Positions 41,940 through 51,157 of a stretch of 64,000 nucleotides of DNA are shown piece by piece. The stretch is from an uncultured bacterium (lineage in GTDB: Bacteria > Hydrogenedentota > Hydrogenedentia > Hydrogenedentales > Hydrogenedentaceae): assembly GCA_938014335.1 (NCBI GenBank), contig CALLRP010000003.1, positions 112,614 to 176,613 of the forward strand, written 5' to 3'. Position numbers and translations under genes: made by a program. Positions within the stretch are counted from its first letter, which is position 1, and each line of letters starts with the position of its first letter. The notes beneath the pieces were generated by a model, which made no database searches, was not told the origin of the DNA, and was given only the letters and a program-made list of their open reading frames with translations.

Positions 41940-44900
41940 ATGAAATATACTGAAAAATATTTGTATTGCCTTGCATTCAGTCTTTTCGTATGTTGTAGCA
42001 CCGTATCTATAGGGGATGAGATTGAAAAGCAAAAAGAATTGTGGTCCCAAAAATTTCAATTTGAACAAGTAGTTTCAGGTGAAATACCACCTAAATACAA
42101 AAGCAGTGATGAAGAATTTAAATTTACTATAAAGGTTGAAAAACCATCCCGCCAGTTTATCCGTGTATCTATTCCTTTCCCTTATGGCAAGATGAAAGAA
42201 ACAAAGAAAGTGGTTTTACAATCGCATGGGACAGAAATTCTTGCAGATTGTCGTGTCGTGACCACTCACGGAGGGGGCGAGGGTTTTGTCCGCAGGGCTA
42301 TACTTTCATTTGTAGATGACTTTAATGAAAAATCAAAACAATACACGGTGCTTCATAGCATCAATGACGATGAGGAGAAACATAACGATAGTCCATTGCA
42401 AATAGGAGGAAATACCTTTGCGTTCGATGGTAAACAGTTGCTTATTTCCCAGCAGAATGAACAACCACTGAAAATATCACTTATTTGCCCCGATGAGGAA
42501 AACTCAATCAATGAAATGAACCGGGAAATAATCGAGCAGGGCAACCACTATTTATGGGTGCGCTGGCTTCAATGGGATACTTCTTATCCAAAAATAGTTG
42601 AATTACGTGCCAACTCAGTGGGACAATTTGCGGTGCGGGTTTCATTACAGCGATGGGCAAAAGAAGATGGATATGCTCCCGAGTTTGGACTAAATATCGA
42701 AGGAGATGGGAAACTATCAAAAATAATTGAAAATAGCATTACACAATTACATGAGCCATATAATCATGAATGGATAGACGGCAAAGATATTTCTTTTAAG
42801 ACAGAAACAGGTAAAAATGTTTGTTTTCCCGATGCAGGAGCATGGCGAAAAGGAGCCTTACATGCGGAAACCACTCCTAACGGCTGGAAAATAACTTATC
42901 TTCGGAGCAGAGATGAGGATAAAGTCCCCCATCAACCTATGGCATGGCGAACAGCCTCTTTATATATCGGTCCATCTGATATGCCGGTATGGAATGAACT
43001 GTTAGAACCTCCGATTGCATTTTCTGTTACCATGTCTTTGTGGAAGTCAACATACCGTTGCGAGGAAATCCCGTACCCGGAAAATGAAATATTACAAAAA
43101 ATAGTCGATTGGCATCGCAATGCTATGGCAGGAGCACGGCTCTATGGCGACGACTTCGGGAATGTTTCGACCATGCCTGTCAATTCTGTTTTCGGAATGA
43201 ACCGCCTGAACCATAATACAGAAATTTTTTACGAATCCTTACGAACAGCCAATCCCGAAATACGGAAAACATTTCTTCTATGGTGCCAGAACTATACACA
43301 ATTATCTATTTGGTGGGGCGATTTAGATAAACCAACATTTGGTGGGACGCGGTATAACAACATTAGGGGACGAGACCCCAAAATACATGGAGAGGACAAC
43401 TCTTTTATGTGGCGTTCCAACGATTCGGTTACTTTTTGCACGAAAGGCATTGAAAATTTACTATTTGCATACGAAGAAACAGGGGACCCATTCTACGCAT
43501 GTGGATTGAGAGCACAGATTGAATATGCAAAAGAAAATGTCCATGCGAATACCGGAGAATGCCGTAATATAGGCTGTGCAAAAGATTTTATGGTTCTATA
43601 TCATGCTTTGGGTAAGCAGGAATATGCCCAACATGCCTTGCGTCTGTTTCAAGAATTACGGGAGAAATTATGTGATAACAATTTATTTTCACAAGGGGGA
43701 CAACCTTTGAAAGAGCAAGTCCCTTTCATACAGAACGACCTGACGGGTTATAACAATCCTTTCCCGAAGCCGTATATTTTAGGTTATGCTTTACAGGGAT
43801 TACCCTCTTTATACAAAGAAGTTCCCGATGAACCTCGACTATATGAAACCATAGAAGCCGTAGCCAAATTTATTGCAGAGAGTGGAGACCCCGTCGGTGG
43901 CTGGCGTTACCCACATCCGCGTTCCCCCCTCATATTCATTGGGCAAGGCATAGAGCATGCTTATCAATTAGCGCTTGCCGGTTCAATACTTGAGGGCAAA
44001 TCCCCTTATTTCGATTCACTTCTGGACAGAATAGAGACCGTTTTACAGGCTCGCATTGCAGGATTACTCAGGTCAAATTGTGTCCTGGACAGAATCGGTC
44101 CCTGGGAATATGCCACCGGAAAATTTGCCCCTGATAAAAATTTGGAAGAAGTCTATAAAACCTTCGATGAGCGTGATTATTCACGCGATTATACAGAAGG
44201 GAACATATCCTGCACGGATGTTTTACCACCGGAGGGAGTCGTCTTTTTTGCTTCTGTTTTAAATTATTACCTGAAACATAGAAAAGCGGAACAGATATTA
44301 AATATCTCTAACCCCGAACTACGTACTGTAATCATGCGAATTCCCATTTCCAAAAGCGAAACAAACATCGAAACAGGTAAAAACTGTTCCATCGAAAAAA
44401 CCTTACCTAAATTTACAGCAAACTGGTTGAAAAACTATACACCTGTTCTTCGTTATGAAAAAAGCAAGTTCTCCAATTTTGATGAATGGAAAAAGGAAGG
44501 GCGTAAAAAAGTTTTTGAATGTATGGGCTATCCTCCACCTTTTACCTTTTTTAATCCTGAATGGATTACCGAAGAAGACAGAGGTAGTTATACCGCCAGA
44601 AAATTAGTACTAAATATCTCCGAATGGGAGCGTATACCGGCATACTTATTAGTTCCCAAAGGGACACCCCCGTTCCCGGCGATTGTATGTCTCCATGACC
44701 ACGGAGCACATTTTAGTATCGGTAAAGAAAAAGTTATTCGTCCCATAGCCGAAAGTAACGAAGTATTAAAAGATGCGGAAGATTGGGTAAAACTGTATTA
44801 CGGGGGTAGGTTTATCGGTGACGAACTTGCAAAGCAGGGCTATGTAGTTCTTTCAATCGATGCGCTCTTCTGGGGAGCTCGACAGGAATGTGGAGGCAGT

Positions 44901-45467
44901 CGCTACGAAAACCAACAGAGTATAGGCTCCAATATTTTCCATCTGGGGACTACCTGGCTGGGGATTATTACATGGGACGATATTCGCTCTGTGGAGTTTT
45001 TAAAGAGTTTGCCAGAGGTGGATGGCGAACGCATCGGTGCTATTGGCCTTTCTATGGGAGCCCACCGCACTTGGATGTTGAGTGCCCTTTCAGATGATGT
45101 AAAAGCAAGTTGCGCCATATGCTGGATGGCGACTACACCCTCATTAATGGTCCCAGATAACAACCAGACCCGTGGTCAATCCGCCTATCCCCAGCTCGCT
45201 CCAAACTTATACCAATACCTCGACATCCCCGATGTTGCCAGTTTAGCCTGTCCCAAACCTATGTTATTCTTTAATGGGACAAAAGATAACCTCTTCCCCC
45301 TCGAGGGAGTAAAAGACTCATACAAAATTATGGAAAAAGTCTGGCAATCTCAGGGTAAAGCAGATAACTTATACACAAAAATTTGGGATATTCCTCATGA
45401 GTTTAACCTCGACATGCAAAAAGAAGTTTTTATCTGGCTCGATAAGTTTTTGAAGGAAAAGCATTAA
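41940..45467 (+). CDS. Large secreted protein with C-terminal alpha/beta-hydrolase (dienelactone hydrolase/acetyl-xylan-esterase-like) domain
   Basis: Signal peptide. C-terminal ~300 aa carry a GxSxG nucleophile elbow (GLSMGAHRTW), a downstream Asp and a terminal His (DIPHEF). The N-terminal ~850 aa are unassigned. Confidence 0.6.
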   Translation: MKYTEKYLYCLAFSLFVCCSTVSIGDEIEKQKELWSQKFQFEQVVSGEIPPKYKSSDEEFKFTIKVEKPSRQFIRVSIPFPYGKMKETKKVVLQSHGTEILADCRVVTTHGGGEGFVRRAILSFVDDFNEKSKQYTVLHSINDDEEKHNDSPLQIGGNTFAFDGKQLLISQQNEQPLKISLICPDEENSINEMNREIIEQGNHYLWVRWLQWDTSYPKIVELRANSVGQFAVRVSLQRWAKEDGYAPEFGLNIEGDGKLSKIIENSITQLHEPYNHEWIDGKDISFKTETGKNVCFPDAGAWRKGALHAETTPNGWKITYLRSRDEDKVPHQPMAWRTASLYIGPSDMPVWNELLEPPIAFSVTMSLWKSTYRCEEIPYPENEILQKIVDWHRNAMAGARLYGDDFGNVSTMPVNSVFGMNRLNHNTEIFYESLRTANPEIRKTFLLWCQNYTQLSIWWGDLDKPTFGGTRYNNIRGRDPKIHGEDNSFMWRSNDSVTFCTKGIENLLFAYEETGDPFYACGLRAQIEYAKENVHANTGECRNIGCAKDFMVLYHALGKQEYAQHALRLFQELREKLCDNNLFSQGGQPLKEQVPFIQNDLTGYNNPFPKPYILGYALQGLPSLYKEVPDEPRLYETIEAVAKFIAESGDPVGGWRYPHPRSPLIFIGQGIEHAYQLALAGSILEGKSPYFDSLLDRIETVLQARIAGLLRSNCVLDRIGPWEYATGKFAPDKNLEEVYKTFDERDYSRDYTEGNISCTDVLPPEGVVFFASVLNYYLKHRKAEQILNISNPELRTVIMRIPISKSETNIETGKNCSIEKTLPKFTANWLKNYTPVLRYEKSKFSNFDEWKKEGRKKVFECMGYPPPFTFFNPEWITEEDRGSYTARKLVLNISEWERIPAYLLVPKGTPPFPAIVCLHDHGAHFSIGKEKVIRPIAESNEVLKDAEDWVKLYYGGRFIGDELAKQGYVVLSIDALFWGARQECGGSRYENQQSIGSNIFHLGTTWLGIITWDDIRSVEFLKSLPEVDGERIGAIGLSMGAHRTWMLSALSDDVKASCAICWMATTPSLMVPDNNQTRGQSAYPQLAPNLYQYLDIPDVASLACPKPMLFFNGTKDNLFPLEGVKDSYKIMEKVWQSQGKADNLYTKIWDIPHEFNLDMQKEVFIWLDKFLKEKH

Positions 45468-45554
45468 TATGCTCTAAAAAATAAAGCGATACCCCCTAAA
45501 GAAAAAATGGAATTATACGGATTGCCTACTTTTACTATTACTTTATTTACTTTA

Positions 45555-46043
45555 TTATTTGTTAAGTAGTCGTTCGCGGAGTTTCTGCTCAATTCGGGAT
45601 GAAACATAATGGGACACACTGCCACCGAAACGAACAATTTCTTTTACCTGTCGTGAACTTAAAAACAAGTAGGGTTCGCTGGGCATAAGACAAACCGTAT
45701 CAATACTGGGGTCTAATTTTTGGTTGTTTATAGCCAAACTTAATTCAAATTCGAAATCAGAAACGACCCGTAATCCACGGATAAGAGCCTGTGCCCCACA
45801 TTTTTTAGCAAATTCTACAGACAATCCAATAAAACTTGTAACCTCAATATCTGGAGTGCTATTTAATTCCTCTTCTAACATTTGAATTCTTTCTTCCACA
45901 GTAAACAAAGCGGCCTTTGCTTCGTTAATAGCCACTGCCACAATAACACGGTCAAAAATACGACGGGCACGATAAATTAAATCGATATGTCCTAAGGTGG
46001 GAGGGTCAAAACTACCAGGGTATAATGCAATCCGTTCCGACAT
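45555..46043 (-). CDS. coaD: Phosphopantetheine adenylyltransferase
   Basis: ALYPGSFDPPTLGHIDLI (H/T-x-G-H nucleotidyltransferase motif). 162 aa. Confidence 0.92.
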   Translation of the reverse strand: MSERIALYPGSFDPPTLGHIDLIYRARRIFDRVIVAVAINEAKAALFTVEERIQMLEEELNSTPDIEVTSFIGLSVEFAKKCGAQALIRGLRVVSDFEFELSLAINNQKLDPSIDTVCLMPSEPYLFLSSRQVKEIVRFGGSVSHYVSSRIEQKLRERLLNK

Positions 46044-46267
46044 AATAAAAATCCCTAATCATTTATTTTTTGAGATAACTTTTTGATTTGACTAACATTA
46101 TGCCAAAAGAGTTTTCAAGAAAAAAAATTGTTAAGTTTCCCTACCTGGAAAGATAAATATAACCCTGGAACAGATTATACAAACATACCTATAAAAATAG
46201 TTGAAAGAACTACCCTATTTATAATATAATCCTTTTCCATTATTTTTTCAAGGAGTTCCCCCTTAAA

Positions 46268-46726
46268 ATGGCTATTGAGCGGACTTTTGTTATGATAAAA
46301 CCGGATGGTGTCGCTCGTCGGCTTGTCGGCGAGTGCATCCGTCGTTTAGAAAAACGCGGTTTGAAATTGATAGCAATAAAAATGCAAATTTTGACCCGTG
46401 AAAAGGCAGAAGAACATTATCAAGAGCATAAGGGAAAAGACTTCTTTGAAAGTTTAGTCGGTTTTATCTGCTCAGGACCCACAGTTCAGATGGTCTGGGA
46501 AGGTGAAGACGCTATTCAGCAGGTTCGTAGTATGATTGGCACTACAAATCCATTAAAATCCCCTCCCGGAACTATCCGTGGAGACTTTGCACTCATAACA
46601 CAGATGAATATTGTCCATGCATCCGATAAGCCCGAATCCGCAGAGCGGGAAATATCGCTTTATTTCACGCCACAGGATATATTAGAATATAAAGCAGACG
46701 ATGAAAAATGGTTAACAAGTAAGTAA
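46268..46726 (+). CDS. ndk: Nucleoside diphosphate kinase
   Basis: [12 protein letters not shown]; active-site NIVHASD region. 152 aa. Confidence 0.92.
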   Translation: MAIERTFVMIKPDGVARRLVGECIRRLEKRGLKLIAIKMQILTREKAEEHYQEHKGKDFFESLVGFICSGPTVQMVWEGEDAIQQVRSMIGTTNPLKSPPGTIRGDFALITQMNIVHASDKPESAEREISLYFTPQDILEYKADDEKWLTSK

Positions 46727-46776
46727 AAGGGACATAACCTTTAATCAAATAAAAACTTAACAAAAGGAGTATTTTC

Positions 46777-46869
46777 GTGGCAGGTGGAAGAAAAGTTCGT
46801 AAACGCAAGATTAATAAGCATAAGCGTAAGAAGAAGAGACGCTTGAATCGTCATAAGAATAAAAAATAA
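46777..46869 (+). CDS. Unannotated 30-codon, extremely basic peptide (VAGGRKVRKRKINKHKRKKKRRLNRHKNKK), candidate bS22-like ribosomal protein
   Basis: GTG start 6 nt after an aaaaggag RBS. 24 of 30 residues are K/R/H. A strong hairpin terminator lies immediately downstream. Composition and length resemble ribosomal protein bS22 of Actinobacteria and Bacteroidetes ([20 protein letters not shown] type). Confidence 0.45.
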   Translation: MAGGRKVRKRKINKHKRKKKRRLNRHKNKK

Positions 46870-46883
46870 GATGACCATAGCCA

Positions 46884-46928
46884 CCCTATCCGGGAAAGGT
46901 CTGTTCCTTTCCCGGTATAGGGATATTT
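46884..46928 (+). terminator. Rho-independent terminator after the ndk/small-basic-ORF unit
   Basis: Long imperfect stem ccctatccgggaaagg / cctttcccggtataggg with a 6-nt loop, followed by an atattt U-rich tail. Confidence 0.55.
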
Positions 46929-46965
46929 AAATGGTTATTAAAACACTTTATAAGGGAGAACGGAT

Positions 46966-47403
46966 GTGAGTGACGAAGAAAAGAAAATCATTATTGACGA
47001 AGACTGGAAATCAAAAGTTCAGAAAGAGAAAGAGGAACTTCAAAAGAAGTTAGAAGAAGAAAAAGCCAAAAAGCCCGAAGGTGAAGAAACTTCTCCAGAA
47101 GAGCCGATTACTCCCTCATTTGAAACTATCGTAGGCATTCTAACAACAGATGCTATGCTGGCATTAGGTGTAATTGCCCCACCGGAAAGCCAACAAGTCA
47201 TTATTGATTTAGAACAGGCACAGTTTTTTATTGATTTGTTAACCATACTACGCGATAAGACCAAAGGCAATCTCTCTCCACAAGAAGAAGGTGTCCTTAC
47301 TAATTCTATTGCACAATTGCAAGAAATTTATGTAGTACGCCATCAACAATATCAAGAAGCACAACTACGACAAGCAGGAATAAAACCCACACCGGGACAA
47401 TAG
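46966..47403 (+). CDS. DUF1844-family acidic protein
   Basis: Acidic/K-rich N-terminus, conserved hydrophobic core (SFETIVGILTTDAMLALGVI), and C-terminal LLTILRDKTKGNLSPQEEGVL motif characteristic of DUF1844. Confidence 0.55.
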   Translation: MSDEEKKIIIDEDWKSKVQKEKEELQKKLEEEKAKKPEGEETSPEEPITPSFETIVGILTTDAMLALGVIAPPESQQVIIDLEQAQFFIDLLTILRDKTKGNLSPQEEGVLTNSIAQLQEIYVVRHQQYQEAQLRQAGIKPTPGQ

Positions 47404-47683
47404 CCCCTAAAGTTTTTATTCGGTTTCTTACCTATATCAGGAGTTTCATAGTAACAGAGATTTCTTTTGGATAAAATTTTCGTCATTCAACTAAAAATAA
47501 CCTTTCACCTCCCTATCATAAAAAAACCTATTTTCGAAGCATGAACTTGTAGTATTGAACATGGATACTCAATTATGATAATTTAAATTAAACAAATATT
47601 TTCCTTTTTGATATATCCGGAAAACAGGGTGTAGAAGTATGGGATATTTTTTTAATTTAATAAACGACATTCAGGGTTAAACA

Positions 47684-48472
47684 ATGACACAAGGAGGTAA
47701 TATCTCAGAAACAACACATAAATCGGTATTAGTAGTTATCCCTGCCCGTTATGGTTCAACCCGTTTCCCCGGAAAGATGCTTGTCAACTTATGTGGTTAT
47801 CCATTAGTGTATCATGTATACCTCCAGGCAAAGAAAGCAAGATGTGTTGGAGAAGTATTAGTAGCAACAGATGATGTGCGGATTCAGTCTGCGTTGGAAC
47901 CATTAGGAGTGCCCGTGGTAATGACACGGGCAGACCATGCGAGTGGAACCGACCGCATCGCAGAAGTAGCAGAAAAAAGGTCTGAAGAAATTATTGTTAA
48001 TGTTCAAGGCGATGAACCCTTACTCCCACCGGAATGCATTGATGCTACAGTAAAACCCTTATTAGAAGATACGCAAATTCAAATGTCAACTGCATGTCGT
48101 AATATCACAGACCCTTCCTGGATAGAAAATCCAAATGTGGTCAAGGTAATTACAAATCAGAAAGGACATGCTCTATATTTTTCTCGTTCCCCTATTCCCT
48201 ATATACGCGATGCAGAACAACGACAAAATATTGTGGGAATATACTGGCAACATATTGGTCTTTATGTCTATCGTCGCGCATTTTTACTTCATATTTCGAA
48301 ATTACCACAAACGCCTTTGGAAAAATTAGAAAAATTAGAACAACTCCGAGTGCTTGAAAACGGTTATTCTATTGCAGTGGTCCCAACTAATTATGAAGCG
48401 TTGGGAGTAGATACACCAGAAGATTTAATCCACGTAGAAAAAATTCTTAAATCAAGAGCAAAGGAAGTATAG
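47684..48472 (+). CDS. kdsB: 3-deoxy-manno-octulosonate cytidylyltransferase (CMP-Kdo synthetase)
   Basis: VVIPARYGSTRFPGKML and GTDRIAEV motifs. 262 aa. Adjacent to pyrG. Confidence 0.85.
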   Translation: MTQGGNISETTHKSVLVVIPARYGSTRFPGKMLVNLCGYPLVYHVYLQAKKARCVGEVLVATDDVRIQSALEPLGVPVVMTRADHASGTDRIAEVAEKRSEEIIVNVQGDEPLLPPECIDATVKPLLEDTQIQMSTACRNITDPSWIENPNVVKVITNQKGHALYFSRSPIPYIRDAEQRQNIVGIYWQHIGLYVYRRAFLLHISKLPQTPLEKLEKLEQLRVLENGYSIAVVPTNYEALGVDTPEDLIHVEKILKSRAKEV

Positions 48473-50137
48473 ATGGCTAATACAAAACCACCCTTGAAAT
48501 ATATCTTTACCACAGGCGGTGTTGTTTCTTCTATTGGGAAAGGAATTGCCTGTGCCAGTTTAGGATTGCTTTTAGAATCTCGAGGTTATAAAATTGCCAT
48601 TATGAAAATGGACCCCTACATTAATGTGGACCCAGGCACAATGAATCCCTTTGAGCATGGAGAAGTATTTGTCACCGATGATGGTGCGGAAACAGACCTT
48701 GACTTAGGCCATTATCAACGGTTTACTCATGCTAAATTGTCACGTAGAAGCAACACAACGACAGGGGCTATCTATAACACCGTAATTCAAAAGGAGCGTG
48801 ACGGTGCCTATTTAGGGAAAACCGTTCAAGTGATACCGCATATTACCGATGAGATAAAAAATCGTATTCGCGCATTGACCGTAGATGAAGATGATGTGGA
48901 CATTGCCATAATCGAAATTGGTGGGACTGTCGGTGATATTGAAAGCCTTCCTTTCCTTGAAGCATTGCGACAGTTTCGATTAGAGGTAGGTCCCGAAAAT
49001 TGCTGTTTTATTCATGTTACCTTAGTCCCCTACATCGAAGCGGCAAATGAATTGAAAACGAAGCCTACACAACATAGTGTCCGTGCTTTGCGTGATATTG
49101 GTATCCAACCCAATATTATCATCTGTCGAACAGGTGTAAGCAAACTTGAAAAAGAACAAAGACAAAAAGTAGCGTTATTCTGCGACGTGGCAGAAGAAGC
49201 CATTATTAATGCGCAGGATATTTCCCCCATTTATGCCATTCCTCTTAATTTCAAAGAGCAAAATCTGGATGTTACTGTATTAAAAATATTGGGTCTGGAA
49301 GTGCGAGAAGGGAACCTATCCGAATGGATTAATATAGTGAACCGACTGGTTTCTGCCACCGAAGAAGTATGTATTGCGGCAGTGGGGAAATACACCGGAC
49401 ATGGGGATGCATATAAAAGTATTAATGAAGCATTTGTTCATGCGGGTATCGCCAATAATTGCAAAGTAAAATATGAATGGATTGACTCAGAACGATTTGA
49501 TCCAGGGAAAGAAAAGCCAGAAGATGTTCTGAAAGGATACCATGGAATTTTGATAGGACCCGGTTTTGGGACTCGTGGGATTGAAGGGAAAATCAATGTA
49601 GCGCGATTCGCTCGAGAAAATGGCATACCCTATTTCGGTATATGTTTAGGCATGCAGGTAGCCGTCATTGAGATGGCTCGGAATTGCTTAGGGCTAAAGG
49701 AGGCTCATACCACAGAGGTAAATCCACAAACTCCACATCCTGTAATTTCACTCCTCACAGAACAAAAAGGAATTTCCTCGAAAGGGGGTACGATGCGTTT
49801 AGGAGCCTATCCCTGTGAATTACAGCCCAATACACTCGCTTATCAAGCATATGCACAAACGCTGATTTATGAACGACATCGACACCGCTATGAGTTTAAT
49901 AATGCTTACCGTGAAGATTTCGAGAAAAAGGCCGGTATGATTATAAGCGGGATACATCGGCGGAAATTCATGGACATGGAAGAAGAACTTACGGAAGTGA
50001 TAGAGCTCAAAACAGATCGCCATCCGTGGTTCTGTGCTTGTCAGTTCCACCCTGAATTTAAGAGTACACCTCTAAAACCACAACCGCTTTTCTGTGCCTT
50101 TATAAAGTCTGCTCTTAAATACAAAAAAGTGAAATGA
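48473..50137 (+). CDS. pyrG: CTP synthase
   Basis: N-terminal synthetase domain (KYIFTTGGVVSSIGKG) and C-terminal class-I glutamine amidotransferase triad (GICLGMQ ... HPEF). 554 aa. Confidence 0.95.
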   Translation: MANTKPPLKYIFTTGGVVSSIGKGIACASLGLLLESRGYKIAIMKMDPYINVDPGTMNPFEHGEVFVTDDGAETDLDLGHYQRFTHAKLSRRSNTTTGAIYNTVIQKERDGAYLGKTVQVIPHITDEIKNRIRALTVDEDDVDIAIIEIGGTVGDIESLPFLEALRQFRLEVGPENCCFIHVTLVPYIEAANELKTKPTQHSVRALRDIGIQPNIIICRTGVSKLEKEQRQKVALFCDVAEEAIINAQDISPIYAIPLNFKEQNLDVTVLKILGLEVREGNLSEWINIVNRLVSATEEVCIAAVGKYTGHGDAYKSINEAFVHAGIANNCKVKYEWIDSERFDPGKEKPEDVLKGYHGILIGPGFGTRGIEGKINVARFARENGIPYFGICLGMQVAVIEMARNCLGLKEAHTTEVNPQTPHPVISLLTEQKGISSKGGTMRLGAYPCELQPNTLAYQAYAQTLIYERHRHRYEFNNAYREDFEKKAGMIISGIHRRKFMDMEEELTEVIELKTDRHPWFCACQFHPEFKSTPLKPQPLFCAFIKSALKYKKVK

Positions 50138-51090
50138 ACGAAATCGAACCTACACAAGAAACTCTTATATGGATTTGTAAAAACGCTGAACAAGCATGGC
50201 AAGAGGGGGATCCCAAAAAACTCCAATTCTGGGAAAACCAAAAAAAAGAATTTCAACAAAAATGCTACCAACGAATGGAAAGCCTTGTTAAACAAAAGGC
50301 TCTATTACAACAACAACAAGAGATTTTACTACAAAAAGTTCAAAACGGGGAATATACAGCGGAATATGCAAATCAAATTAATCGACAAATTTATGAACAT
50401 AGTGAAGAATTAAATCGGCAAATACACTGTTACAGGAAACTTCTTGAATATCCAACAGCTGAAATCAATTCTGTCGAACCCAATACGGATAATATTACAA
50501 ACAACTCCCCAACCCCTGAAATCCCTTTTCAAAATGTCATCCCTATTGAACAATATTTCTACGGATTATTCATGTCTGCCATACGGGCTATATTTTTAAG
50601 CAATATCGGACAGATAACAATATGTTTCATTATACTTGTTATTGCCGTTTATCTTACATGGACCTGGAATACACGGAATCAACAACCTCAATTCGAATAT
50701 ATTTCCGTTCCTGCAGAAAACAAACATATAATTCGTATTCATAATCGAGGCATGCTGACTACAAAAATCTACCTCTCCCAACAAAACCGATGGGAGTTGG
50801 CACCTTATCTTTATTTGCTTGAATGCTCTGCGGAAACAGTTTCCCCACAGCAAAAGAAAAGGGCGCAAATTCCATTGAACTGTTTCTTTCTGGAAAATGA
50901 GATTCATTCCCCTATTAATTCGACCTATCTCGAGATACCCCCCGGCTCGAAAAAAGGTTTTGGAGTAGATACTCAATGTATTCAACAAAATCTCAACGAT
51001 ATTACAAAAATAACTATTACAATCCGCAAACTCATTTTCCATACAAAAACTTTAGAATTCAATATTGATATTCCCAAAAGTCCGACATAA
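50134..51090 (+). CDS. Hypothetical protein with N-terminal coiled-coil and one TM helix, translationally coupled to pyrG
   Basis: Start ATG overlaps the pyrG stop (ATGA). Q/E-rich coiled coil, then TM (ITICFIILVIAVYLTW), then a ~150-aa C-terminal domain. No known motif. Confidence 0.45.
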   Translation: MNEIEPTQETLIWICKNAEQAWQEGDPKKLQFWENQKKEFQQKCYQRMESLVKQKALLQQQQEILLQKVQNGEYTAEYANQINRQIYEHSEELNRQIHCYRKLLEYPTAEINSVEPNTDNITNNSPTPEIPFQNVIPIEQYFYGLFMSAIRAIFLSNIGQITICFIILVIAVYLTWTWNTRNQQPQFEYISVPAENKHIIRIHNRGMLTTKIYLSQQNRWELAPYLYLLECSAETVSPQQKKRAQIPLNCFFLENEIHSPINSTYLEIPPGSKKGFGVDTQCIQQNLNDITKITITIRKLIFHTKTLEFNIDIPKSPT

Positions 51091-51100
51091 AAGATGATAT

Positions 51101-51132
51101 AGATTCTGACATGTCTAACCTGTCTGACAATT
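51101..51132 (+). repeat. Copy B of the conserved intergenic repeat (core GTCTAACCTGTCTGACA)
   Basis: agattctgacatgtctaacctgtctgacaat between convergent genes. Contains the palindromes gacatgtc and tgtctgaca. Confidence 0.5.
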
Positions 51133-51157
51133 TTCAACTCACATATTACGCCACAAC

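Noticed and set aside
45507-45569. 20-codon hydrophobic micro-ORF (MELYGLPTFTITLFTLLFVK) between the large hydrolase gene and coaD
   Set aside because: No RBS, overlaps the coaD 3' end on the opposite strand, and composition is simply AT-rich. Likely chance.
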